NCBI GenBank assembly: GCA_964016885.1
Contig: OZ024743.1
Location: 84,630,001-84,694,000 of the forward strand
Reading direction: 5' to 3'
From: Eledone cirrhosa
Lineage: Eukaryota
DNA: 64,000 nt
Part shown: piece by piece, positions 1 to 10,960 of the stretch
Numbering within the stretch: the stretch's first letter is position 1
How the letters are laid out: every line of letters starts with the position of its first letter
The notes under the pieces: generated by a model
Databases searched by the model: none
What the model was told of the DNA's origin: nothing
Seen by the model: only the letters and a program-made list of their open reading frames with translations
Translations under genes and position numbers: made by a program

Positions 1-154
1 TATATGCTGTGTAAGTAACATTGGATATTTCAGATATTTTACTACAACACCACTACTGACAATAACAATAAGTGTCTTAAATCTTATTGTTGTTGCTGTG
101 TAGGGTCCCATGACAGATCTTGTTCCTGATGCCAACCCTTTTAGTCACATCTTA

Positions 155-492
155 CAACACACAAGGATGCTGTGTATCTATTCTAAACTAGATATACACA
201 GGGATACTGTGTATCTATTCTAAAGTGGACACACACAAGGATACTGTGTATCTATTCTAAACTGGACACACAGAGATATTGTGTATATATTCTAAACCAG
301 ATAAACACAGGGATACTGTGTATCTATTCTAAACTGGACACACACACGGATATTGTGTATCTATTCTAAACTGGATATACACTCAAGGTTATGGTGTACC
401 TATTTTAAACTGGATAGTTACACACAGGGATATAGTGTATCTATTCTAAACCAGATAGATACACACAGAGATATGATGTACCTATTCTAAAA
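155..492. repeat. Minisatellite, ~37-43 bp unit (acacagggatactgtgtatctattctaaactggac), about 9 copies
   Basis: Direct tandem repetition. Confidence 0.9.
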
Positions 493-1550
493 ACAACATT
501 TTATATATTATTCTCAGACCAAAATATCCAATATTGCTGCAGCTCAAAGAAAAGTTTTTTGGTGCTTTTTTTCTTCTGGTTTTTGTTTTTGCATTTTGCA
601 TTTTTTAATTTTACCCTTTTTTACCATTTTTAGTGTTGCTTAAAAGAACAGAAAAATATATCAAATAAACTTAGCTTTCACTCCCTGCTTTTGGTTTTGC
701 TGTTTTAAAACAGTAACTTTAGCTACACTTTCAATTTTGTTTTTTCATTCTTTCAGAAGGAAATTCTTTGACGTATGTCTGATAATTTCTTTTTTCTTTC
801 TTTTTTCCTTTCTGAATTGTTTTATATTTGGTCTTAAGAAATGTAGATACTTGTCCATAGTTGGTGCAGCACCCTTAAGTGATTCCTCGATCTGCTAGAA
901 ATAGCAGGCAAATTTTCATCAGATCCCACCCTACCAGCTTAGAAAAGAAATGATGTAGTCTTAGATATACTTATCACATCTGAAGATTCAGAAAGAAACA
1001 TGATGTAATTGTTTCAGCTTTTGTTATAGGTTCAATCCAGGTAGGTGCTACCATTAAGGCCAACCAGGCAGCCACATAGGGTGCAGGCCTCGGAGAGGAA
1101 CATTACTGAGCCTTAAAGGGTCACAGTTTTATACAAATATGCATTATTAAATTAAATATATAATAATTTCCTACAATCAATAAATAAATCACTAAGCATC
1201 TCTGTGGGTTAGCAGCAGTGTGAAAATATCCAAAGTGGTGGAAAGAGTTGTATGGTGTTATTATCTCTATGGTTTTACATGGATGTGTGTCTACTGTGTA
1301 GGGGGAAATGCAGGCTTAATAATTTTCTTAGTGTGGTTAGAACATGAAATGCCAAAAACTATGTTTGTCAATTTGCCAAACTGTAAATTGAAATTATTTT
1401 ATTTGGAAATATAGGATACACAAGTGGGAGAAATGAGTGCACATTGTAGAGCTGGCCTAATGAGGGACAGAAGACAACATGACAGGAAAAATTGTCGATA
1501 ATTGTTGGCTTGAGAAAATTCAGTTAAGGAAGAGAACAGAAATGTTTGGT

Positions 1551-2805
1551 TTAACCCTTTTGGTACCAAACCACCTGAAACTGCCCCTGGTTCTATGATA
1601 CAAAACCTGTTTGTTCTAAAGTGTATATATCTATGTTAAAACCTTTGTTATGTTCCAAACACCAACTTAACTCTTAACTTCCTGCATTGAAAGAAACCGC
1701 ATTAGCAAGACATTCTTGGAAAGTATAGAAAAACACTATTAAAAATTAATGTCTATACTCTAACTCTGCACATCTTCACAACGTCCACTAATAAACATAC
1801 TATAAATATTAGAATTAGAAAACCTGTTTTTAGACACTTTTTTGCTAAATCATTATGAGATGATAAAAAGTAATAAACTTATTTTTATTGATATTTTTTG
1901 CCATATCATTACAATTTTCTGCTAAATCATTACTATTTTCTGCTGAATCATTACAATGTTATGTTGTGTTACCAGTTAATAATTTTAATTATTAGTATAT
2001 ATAGGTTAGTTATATTAATAAATCTTTCAAAATTCTTATTTTTATAATCTAAAAAAATCATAGGCAGTGTCTTTCATTAGAACTATGTTAATGAAAAGGT
2101 TAAATTGTTTATATTTATCAAAAAACTTTCCATCAAAATTTTACAAGAGAATCTTCATGTTCCAAACACCAGCTTGATAATTAGAAAGTTAGTAATATGA
2201 TTAATTTCCTCCAAATTCATGATTATGTTCAAAACTATTTGAAAATCATAGGATGTATCTTTGATTAGAAATATGGCAAAGGGAGGTTAATTAGTTGTAA
2301 AGCTCAATGTGGCTATCTGTAATGAGGTCAGTTTACTTATCCATCAACCATGAGTTTTTCTCTGTACAAAACAGTCTTTGTACACTAGTTAAAACACTGT
2401 GTTTAATCCTCCAAATTTTGTTTGCTGATGATAGAAGACACTTTGTTCATTCATATATTTAACCAATCCCAAATGTACACTAGCTAACACAACTGTCTAA
2501 TGTCTAGTACCATCATAAATGCCAACAGAGTAGTTTGACATACTATATTAAAACCATTTCAATACCAACCCCCTTGAAACTACCTCTGAATCTATGATAC
2601 TAAACTGCTCATTATAAAGTATTTATGTTTATCTAAAAGCATTCCATTGTAATTTCATGTAAGCACCTTTAAGTTATGCTCAAAACACCAGCTTGATAAT
2701 GAGAAATTTAATTATATTACTCTCTCCAAATCCTTCATTATTTTCAATATGATTTGAAAAACCTAGGCAGTGTATTTTATAAAAAATATAAAAAATGAAA
2801 GGACA
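1551..2805. mobile_element. Cluster of degenerate TTAA/CCCT-ended MITE pieces (piggyBac-like)
   Basis: Starts ttaaccctttt, with aaaggttaa and ggaggttaa ends. ttccaaacacca.ct and cataggcagtg blocks recur. A related end lies at 13212-13305. Confidence 0.45.
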
Positions 2806-3049
2806 TTTTAGATAATGAAGTCTGAGACAGACTGTATCTAAAATAGATAGAGACTAGGAAACAGTTAAGTAAATAAAGGCAAAATATTAACTTTGATGAT
2901 ATAATTCTAATTAGGTTCCTGTTCCTTGTGAGTGAAATATGATGAACCAGGATAGAATATCTTGTTAAAGATAGTGTGACATTTGAAATACTTATGATTC
3001 ATAAACTCTGAAGACAGTGAATTGGAAGTACACATTTTATTATATATAC

Positions 3050-3262
3050 ACACTGTTGTCAGAGATAGGAGGTACCCAATCTATGATATATAAACATTGT
3101 TATCAGAGTTTGAAGCTACCCCCTGCTGTCAGATAGGAGGTACCCAAACTGAGATATATACTCCCCTACTGTCAGCGATAGGAGGTACCCAATCTGAGAT
3201 ATATACACACACACCCTACTGTCAGAGAGAGGAACCCAATCTATGATATATAAACTCTGAAG
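3050..3262. repeat. Degenerate ~45-bp tandem repeat (ctgtcagagataggaggtacccaatctatgatatata)
   Basis: 4-5 visible copies. Confidence 0.8.
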
Positions 3263-3641
3263 TTGACAAATTGACACTGTGGTTAGAGCAACTGATAGAA
3301 TACTTTGCAGTATTTGTTCTGACTCTCTGAGTTCAAATCCTGCTGAGGTCAACTTTGCCTTTTGAGGTGAACCAAAAATATACAGCTTCTATTAATATAT
3401 AGATCTTCTATTAATCTTTTGATGAAAGGATGTGTGTGTTGAGGGGTGTGGGTGTGTGTTTTATCCTGTAACTTAGTGAATCAAAAAGAAAAAGAAAAGA
3501 GATTCATGAATTAAGTACCAAACTTGAAAAGGTATACTGGCATTAAGATGATTGGTTAACTCAAGGTCAGCATGGCCACAATCTAGTGACTGAAAGAAGT
3601 AAAAGAATGTGTCTACTACTACTACTACTAGTGGTGTTCTA

Positions 3642-3857
3642 TTAACCCTTTAGCATTTAAACCAGCCGTAACCGGCCAGAATTCTCTCACCTCTTTCTGT
3701 TCAAACTGACTGTAATTGGCCATTCATAGTGATGTTAAGGTATTGTTCTCAACCTAAATAATATCAAAATCTCATAGATTCAATAGTATGTGAGGTAAAG
3801 CCTTTACCATGAAAATATAATGGTATATATAGAATAATGTAAATGCTAAAGGGTTAA
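3642..3857. mobile_element. piggyBac-like MITE (TTAA + CCCTTTAGCATT TIRs)
   Basis: ttaaccctttagcattt...aaatgctaaagggttaa. Same family at 19886-20110, partial copy at 9895-10090. Confidence 0.8.
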
Positions 3858-4529
3858 AAAATAGAAACTACAATTAAAGTAAGGAACTCAATACATTAGG
3901 TAGAGAAAGAGTATTTTACTTCATTGGATGCCGAGTCCTGGCCAGACTCACTTATGGAAACCTGCCGCCTTGCACTGAAATGCTTCAATTTCCAGAAATG
4001 TTGTTGATTCACCAACACCACCGGAGCGAAGCTTGTCACTCTCCATGGTCTTTGGCACTGCAATGACACTGTTATCAAACAAGCTGACAAAGATTTTACC
4101 AAAGTAGTGTGGCAAGCAGATCTCTGCAAGACTGAGGCTCTCCAACAGCTCTCTATCCCCGCTCTCTTCTACTGCTGTTTATCTTCTGAACACATCTTTC
4201 ACTACCAACAACTTGTGTCTTCCACCAACTCATTCCTTCTCTCTTCTCCCCTCCTCCCCCAACATCAATCTCACTGTCCACACACCTTAATTACTGTTTT
4301 GTTAGCTTGCAATGCTGCTCTGATCAAATCTTTTGATAGGTGGGTGGGTATCTTTCACCTAGTGACAATGAAATAAACATCTTGTCCTTCCACTCATCTC
4401 ACTTCTCACTCTTTAGTTGTTGTTTGACAGCCTCCTACTTCAACACTATCTCCTCAGCGTGGCAGCAAACAAAAACACAGAACTCATTAGGCATTGACTG
4501 TAGAAGTGTAAAGGTTACAATGAAAGGAG

Positions 4530-4884
4530 AGTAGCATGGTTCACTGGATGTGTAACGTTTGTGTGCATGAATGTCGAAACACAAATGAAGTGAGAGAAAA
4601 ATTAGGCTTAAGATGAATCAGATGTAGTGTGCATGAGAAAATATTGTGCTGGTATGAACATGAGTTACACATGAATGACAACAGTTGAGGGAAGAAGTGT
4701 CAGGTGTTCCAAGTGGTAGTTGCAGAAGAGTAAGACCTGTCAAGATATGGTGAGAACTGATTTAGAACACTGAATCTTACAGAGATGGTGAAGGAGCAGA
4801 TGAGCCAGAGGAAAGCTGTGCTGAAAAGGAAACATCAAACTCATGCTAGCATGGAGAAGCCGACGTAAAGATGTTGATGATGAT
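4530..4884 (+). mobile_element. Degenerate RTE LINE 3' fragment
   Basis: Decayed EKLGLR..IRC...WY translation, then the catgctagcatgga...gacgtaaa(gat)n tail. Confidence 0.65.
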
Positions 4885-5150
4885 TATATACTTATACACA
4901 CTTATGTATATGATTACACACATTCACACCTGTGTATATGATAATTACTCACATTCACACCTGTATATATGATAATTACACATACACACACATATATGTA
5001 TATTCACTTTCTATATAGTTACTATGGTTTTTTTATATACATCTGAATTTACCTGTTGCCATTTCCTATAATTTCCTATACACCTATAACTGTATCTCAA
5101 AATCAATTGTTGTACCTGTAATTGTCATATTTTTCTCTCCATTTATATAG

Positions 5151-5263
5151 AGCCAGTTCTTATTCTGGAGACTCAGAGAAATTGTTGAGGAGTAAGATTC
5201 TGTCAGAAGCCACAGCTGCCATTCCTAGTATGAAGGGTATCAAAGAGAGTATAGAAAGATTTG
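5151..5263 (+). CDS. CABLES1: CABLES exon (ASSYSGDSEKLLRSKILSEATAAIPSMKGIKESIERF), 113 nt
   Basis: ttttctctccatttatatag acceptor and G|gtaaga donor. Ends in phase 1, matching the next exon. No recognisable family motif in this region. Confidence 0.7.
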
Positions 5264-5401
5264 GTAAGAACTCTTTGATAAAACACCCAAGGAAATTATT
5301 TTATATGATTTCAACTTGATTTCATTTAGAAGTGTCCATGAGCATATTGGCAGAAATAATGTTTCTAAAATGTAAACAGAATCAATCCTATACAAGAAGT
5401 A

Positions 5402-5870
5402 TTAAGTGAATTTGAAAGTATGTTGGCATAGAGTAAGTTGCTTCAAAATAAGGAGGCAGGGGTTAAAGGCTTATCTATCAGTCAGTAGGATATAAACAAA
5501 GAATTGTATTCAAGAAGTGTTTTTTTACTATGAAAAGTAATCAAACATATTGGACATATAAGCACCTAGAAATGATAAAAAGTGGACAGTATCACTTGCC
5601 ATATGCAGGACAGCTGTGCTACCATTATACGTAGCAAAGCTGACCACTTAAGCCTCATGTATAGGCCAGTATAAAAACAGAATTAATTGTATTCAAGAAG
5701 TGTTAAGGAAATTTTGAATTTTTAATGTACTTTGGCATACAGGTGATACTGTCCACTTTTTCTGTTCTAGGAGCTTATATCCCTAACTTGTTCAACTACT
5801 TTTCATAGTCTAAAAACCTGCGTTGGAGCAGCTTGCTTTAAACCAACGTACTTTCAAAATCTCTTAGGAA
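5402..5870. mobile_element. Degenerate MITE or foldback element with long inverted arms
   Basis: aatttgaaagtatgttgg...aaaagtggacagtatcac is mirrored by gtgatactgtccactttt...ccaacgtactttcaaaat. Confidence 0.6.
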
Positions 5871-6528
5871 TATTTTCCCAAATTTCACAAGACTAGAAAA
5901 GATTTAAGTATGTATACTCCACAACTAAACAGAAAACATAATTATACCACCTGTGTTATAATAGTTAAACATGCTAGTGAGGAGGTAGACTCTCAGGTAG
6001 TCATGACCACATTCAATTCCCAGTCAATGCTGGATTTACCATTGTACACAGGGCCCAGTTGGCTGTGGGGGGGTCCATCTTCCTGCCAAAAAATGTTTGT
6101 ACAATGAATTACCTCCTTCAAGGCCCAAGAAAGGGGCCTATTAACTTAACTAACACAGGGCCTCATTTGTCTTAAATCTGGTACTGTTCCTGGTCATGGC
6201 AATCTTACATTCTTTTATATATGTTAGTGAGAAGAAAAAAGACAGAACCTGTGACATGTAAAATCTCTTGTACATTGATGAGATCGGTGAGATTGATGTG
6301 GTTACAATACACAAACTGAATCTACAGGAATTGGATGTGTGTGGGAGAGGGGGAGAGAGAAAATGAGAGAGAAAATTAAAAAGAGAGAGAGAAAGGATTG
6401 AGAAAGAGAGAGGGAGGGTTACTATTAGGTTAAGTTGGAAAGATAGGTTCTATGGTTCCCTGGAATGATGGAATGGTTGGGTGAGGTTAAAACTTAATGA
6501 TGATGATGATTTTGTTTGTTTGTGTCAG

Positions 6529-6649
6529 CTGAAAGAGCATCTCGACAGTCCTACTCCTTATCCAGCAGTTCCAGTGAAGGTGTTGTCAAGGAATCTGGTG
6601 AAATACACTTTGTTACTCCACATAAGAAGAGAATTATTAAAGATGAGAG
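6529..6649 (+). CDS. CABLES1: CABLES exon (AERASRQSYSLSSSSSEGVVKESGEIHFVTPHKKRIIKDER), 121 nt
   Basis: tttgtttgtttgtgtcag acceptor and AG|gtttgt donor, phase 1 to 2. IHFV...DER aligns with the recalled human IQFV...NGR. Confidence 0.85.
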
Positions 6650-6684
6650 GTTTGTAACATTACATTGTCTTATTATTACACATA

Positions 6685-6928
6685 AGGAAAAGGTGGTGGT
6701 GTGTTGGTAGAATTGTTAGAGTTGTCACATTACAAAGGAAAAGGTGGTGGTGTGTTGGTAGAATTGTTAGAGTTGTCACATTACAAGGGAAAAGGTGGTG
6801 GTGTGTTGGTAGAATTGTTAGAGTTGTCACATTACAAGGGAAAAGGTGGTGGTGTGTTGGTAGAATTGTTAGAGTTGTCACATTACAAGGGAAAAGGTGG
6901 TGGTGTGTTGGTAGAATTGTTAGAGTTG
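6685..6928 (+). repeat. 51-bp tandem repeat, about 4.7 copies, built from a SINE 5' end
   Basis: aaaggtggtggtgtgttggtagaattgttagagttgtcacattacaaggga repeated. The last copy continues into a SINE body. Confidence 0.9.
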
Positions 6929-8460
6929 GACAACATGCTTTGTAGCATAGAGTGTATGGCCCTTTACATTCTGTATTCAAATCCCATCAAGGTTAGCTTT
7001 GCCTTTCATTCTTACAGGGTTGATAAAATAAAATACCAGTAATGCACTGGGTATAATCAACTTACCACTCCCCCAAAATTGTTGGCTTTGTGCCTAAATC
7101 AGAAACTATTATTACACATAAGGGGAAAGGTGGAGCGTTGGCAGAATTGTTAGAGCCACAAATAAAATGTTTTGTGTCGTTTGTTCCTGCTCTTAACATA
7201 CAACAGAGTTCAAATCCTGCCATGGTCAACTTTGTCTTTCATCCTTCAGCAGTTGATAAAATAAAATACCAGTCCAATACTAAGGATTGATTTAATTAAC
7301 TTTTCCCTACCCCACAATTACTGACCTTGTGCCTAAAGTAGAAATTATTATTACTTTTAAGGGTGGTGGATTGGCAGAATTGGTAGAGTCTTTGTGGTGT
7401 TTGTTCCAGCTATTTATCTTCTAAGTTCAAATCCTGCCACGTTCAACTTTATTTTATCAACCCTGGGAGGATGAAAGGCAGAATACCAGTCAAGCGCTGG
7501 GGTTAATTTAATTGAATTTCTCCTCTCCTTCAAAATTGCTAGCCATGCCAAAATTAGAAACCATTATTATTATTACTCCTTTTGGAAGGGCAGTGGATTG
7601 GCAGTAATCAGTAAAGCATAGGACATGCTTTATGGCATAGAGTTACGTCCCTTTATGATCTGAGTTCAAATCCTGTCGAGGTTAGCTTGGCTTTTCATCC
7701 TTATGGGGTTGATAAAATAAAGTACCAAAAATTGTTGGCCTTGTGCCTAAATCAGAAACCATTATTATTATTACTCTTGTCAGTGAATTGGTAAAATTGT
7801 TAGAACATTGGGCAAATGTTTCACAGTATTTGGTCTGGCTCTTTACACTCTGAGTTCAAATTCACTCCATGGTCAGCTTTGCCTTTCATTTTTTGGGTGT
7901 GGATAAAAAAGTACTCGTGAAGTATTGGGGGTCAATTTAATTGACATTCCCCTCCCCATAAATAGCTACCCTTGTGCCTAAGTTAGAAATCCTTATTACT
8001 CTCTTCTCAGGGCAGTGAATTGACAGAATCATTAATGCATTGAATTGAATACATTGCAGTATTTTGTTATGACTCTTTATATCCTGGATTCAAATCTGGT
8101 CAAGGTCAAATTTGCCTTTCATCCTCACCCTTTTTTCTTTCTTTTTTTCTTTTTCTTCACTCACTTATTCCTGGGAAGGTCATGGGGGGAAGAGTCCTCA
8201 AACACTCCTTCCAGCAGGTCCTGTTAGAAGCAACCGTCTCCAACTGATCCGGCTGGATCTCCAGGCGTGACCTGCCAAGCTCATGGATATTATCCAACCA
8301 TCTTGCTTGGGGTCTACTTCTGGGTCTCCTGCCAGTTGGTTTGGTCCATAAAATCTGTCCAGCGATTCTTTCCTGAGATATTCTAACCACATGTCCATAG
8401 TATCGGGGCTGTGATCTCTCAAAAATTACTGGCCTTGTGCAAACATTAGAAACCATTACT
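6895..8460 (+). mobile_element. Head-to-tail array of about 6 tRNA-derived SINEs (family A)
   Basis: Each copy has an A-box-like tggcagaat, a B-box gagttcaaatcc, a core tttgcctttcatcctt..gggttgataaaataaa.taccag and a ggccttgtgcc...agaaa(tta)n tail. Confidence 0.85.
8155..8425 (-). mobile_element. RTE-clade LINE 3' fragment inserted in the last SINE of the array
   Basis: YYGHVVR...GRRPRSRPQARWLD C-terminal motif. The SINE tail resumes at about 8430. Confidence 0.75.
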
Positions 8461-9564
8461 ATGATTAGTCTTACTTCTAACATCAAAAGAAGTATAGAAA
8501 AAGTAAAGTAATTCTGTACAGATGGTGTGGGTGCTTTTGTTGATGAACCTGTTGAAGAACCTGTTGAAGAAATGCTTACAAGGGATTTCTGTGATCCCTG
8601 AGAAATATATAATATAACACATGGTCTCATTTGACTTCAATAGTGTGCTCTTATCTTTGGGTGGCTGACTAACACTAAATGTGTTTACATTTAATATATT
8701 TTGTGTTAACCTTGTGTGTTTTATAATTTTACACATATTTCATGGTTTATCAAATTAATGTCTGTTGTATAACACCTGTACCTCTCCCCTGGTTTTTATA
8801 TAACTTTGTCTGCTCAACCCCACATTTATTGAAACCCTTATGTTTATAATGTCTTAAATATTTTATGTGCAAGCCATTGTGGCTTATAAAGAAGTCATTA
8901 TTACTATTATTATTATTTTAGCAGTATTGGTAAGGCACCGGACACCATGCTGTGTAGCAATTGATTTAATCAACTTTAACTTTCCCCCAAATTTGCTGGC
9001 CTTGTGCTGAAATTGGAAATCTGTGTATGTGTGTGTCTGTGCATGTGTGTGTTGCTATCAGAGAAAATGGGCAGTAAATGATGATGGTAGTATTGTCTGT
9101 TTTTTAATTTTATATCCTCATCATCTTCATCATCATCATCATCATGTCCACTTTCCCTGCTAGTGAGGGTTGGACGGGTCTATATAGTCTAAGTCAGTAC
9201 TGAAGCGGTGGCTACTGATCTCCCAGGCAAGCCAGGGATCTGTTGTCTCACGTTCTATCAAGTGCACAGGGTAGGTTGTCATGTATATATATATTAGGAT
9301 TAAACAAGTTTTAAACTAGTTAAACCATTGTTCAACAGAGTATTCAATACTTGGGATAGTGTGACTATATTCGAAAGAGTCGGGATTCAACAGTTAAACT
9401 CTTGTCATTTCAACAGCTAGTTCCAGACCAGCTGTTGAAACAGCAAGAGCTCAGCCACCGGGCCTTGACTCTTTCTAATATATATATATATATATATTTG
9501 AATGATACAGGTGATATTGTCCATTGACTCCATTGAAAGTAATAATGTTATATTTTCATTGTAG

Positions 9565-9648
9565 AGTGTTACTTGTGAGTCAAACCAAAGTTCCCTTAGC
9601 CATTTTTTCTGTGATACCCTACCACAGATCTGCACAACATGGCTCCAA
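9565..9648 (+). CDS. CABLES1: CABLES exon (VLLVSQTKVPLAIFSVIPYHRSAQHGSK), 84 nt
   Basis: ttttcattgtag acceptor and AA|gtaagt donor, phase 2 to 2. Matches IVLISG..SF.SIFSVLPY. Confidence 0.92.
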
Positions 9649-9704
9649 GTAAGTTTACACATCAAGATTTTTACAAATATTCTTTCATACTTTTACAGAT
9701 TATT

Positions 9705-10294
9705 GGATTGGCAGTATCGGTAGAGGGTCGGACGCCATGCTTTGACGCATAGAGTTACGGCCCTTGCCATTCTGAGTTCAAATCCCGCCGAGGTTAACTT
9801 CGCCTTTCATCCTTACGGGGTCGATAAAATAAAGTACCAGTAATGTACTGGGTAATTTCTGGCCTTGTGCCAATAGTAGAAACAATTATTATTTTTAGCA
9901 TTAAAGCCGGGCATATCCAACCAGAATTCTCTCACCACTTTCTGTTCAAACCAGCTGTAACCAGCCACTCACACTGATGTTAAAGTATTGTTCTCAAAAT
10001 AAATAATATAAAAATCTCATAGATTTGATATTATGTGAGGTAAAGCCTTTACAGTGAAAATACAATAGTAAATATAGAGTTATGTAAATTGGCAGTATGG
10101 GTAGTGTGCTGTACGAAATACTTTGCAGCTTATAGTTACGACCCATTATGTTCTGAGTTAAAATCCCGCTGAGGTTAGCTTTGCCTTTCATCCTTACAGG
10201 GGTGGTAAAATAAAGTATCAGTAATGCATTGGGGCCGATTTAATCGAATTTTTACTTCCCCCAAAATTGTTGGCCTTGTGCCTAAATCAGAAAC

Positions 10295-10337
<43 letters not shown>

Positions 10338-10340
10338 GTG
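9705..10340 (+). mobile_element. Two family-A SINEs (9705-9890, 10088-10340) flanking a partial piggyBac-like MITE
   Basis: ttggcagtatcggtagag...gagttcaaatcccgccgagg...gggtcgataaaataaagtaccag, (tta)n tail. Confidence 0.85.
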
Positions 10341-10592
10341 TTTACTAAACAATGTTGAAGGCATTTTCCCTGTATCTATCTACTAGAGAGACTGTCTCCT
10401 CATATAACTAAATAGGTATCATGTTTACATGTCCACTCTATCTAGGTGTTTATATGTTTTATATGTCTACTATATATACACTAAACATGACAACAGTTCA
10501 ATGTACTATTGACTAATCATATTTTGATGTGCTTGCAAGTATTTTTGCTTACCAATCTGCCTCCTCTCAATCTTTTTGTCTTAATTTTCCAG

Positions 10593-10713
10593 ATTAGAAA
10601 TCCACCAGGAAGAGACTCGGATACGTCAACATTCCGGTCAAAGGTCATCAACTTGTACCTATGATGGGTTGGCAAATCTTGCTATCGAGACTCTTGAGAA
10701 AGTCGAAGGTCAG
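10593..10713 (+). CDS. CABLES1: CABLES exon (LEIHQEETRIRQHSGQRSSTCTYDGLANLAIETLEKVEGQ), 121 nt
   Basis: ttaattttccag acceptor and CAG|gtaaga donor, phase 2 to 0, open frame. Confidence 0.88.
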
Positions 10714-10960
10714 GTAAGAGATCAATTTTGCTATTGAGAAGATCAAAGATCAAATGAAGGGTCAACTTTGCTATCATGAGTATGGCAAAGGTGGAAAGTT
10801 AGGTTAGAGATCAACTATGCTGTAGGGACTATGTGTGTGTATATATATATCAAGTAGGTGTCACAACAAAAAGCACTCAGCCTACACTGGAAAGTGGTCA
10901 TGTAGGTGTCATGACAAAAAGCACCCAGTACTCACATTAAGTTACTATCTTAGTAATGAA

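Noticed and set aside
6685-6928. CRISPR-like regular repeats (also 155-492 and 19060-19562)
   Set aside because: No unique spacers, eukaryotic context and no cas genes; plain minisatellites.
8522-8620. Possible exon after ctgtacag (MVWVLLLMNLL...)
   Set aside because: Wrong phase for that reading, ends in a stop with no donor, and exon 9565 supplies the conserved motif.
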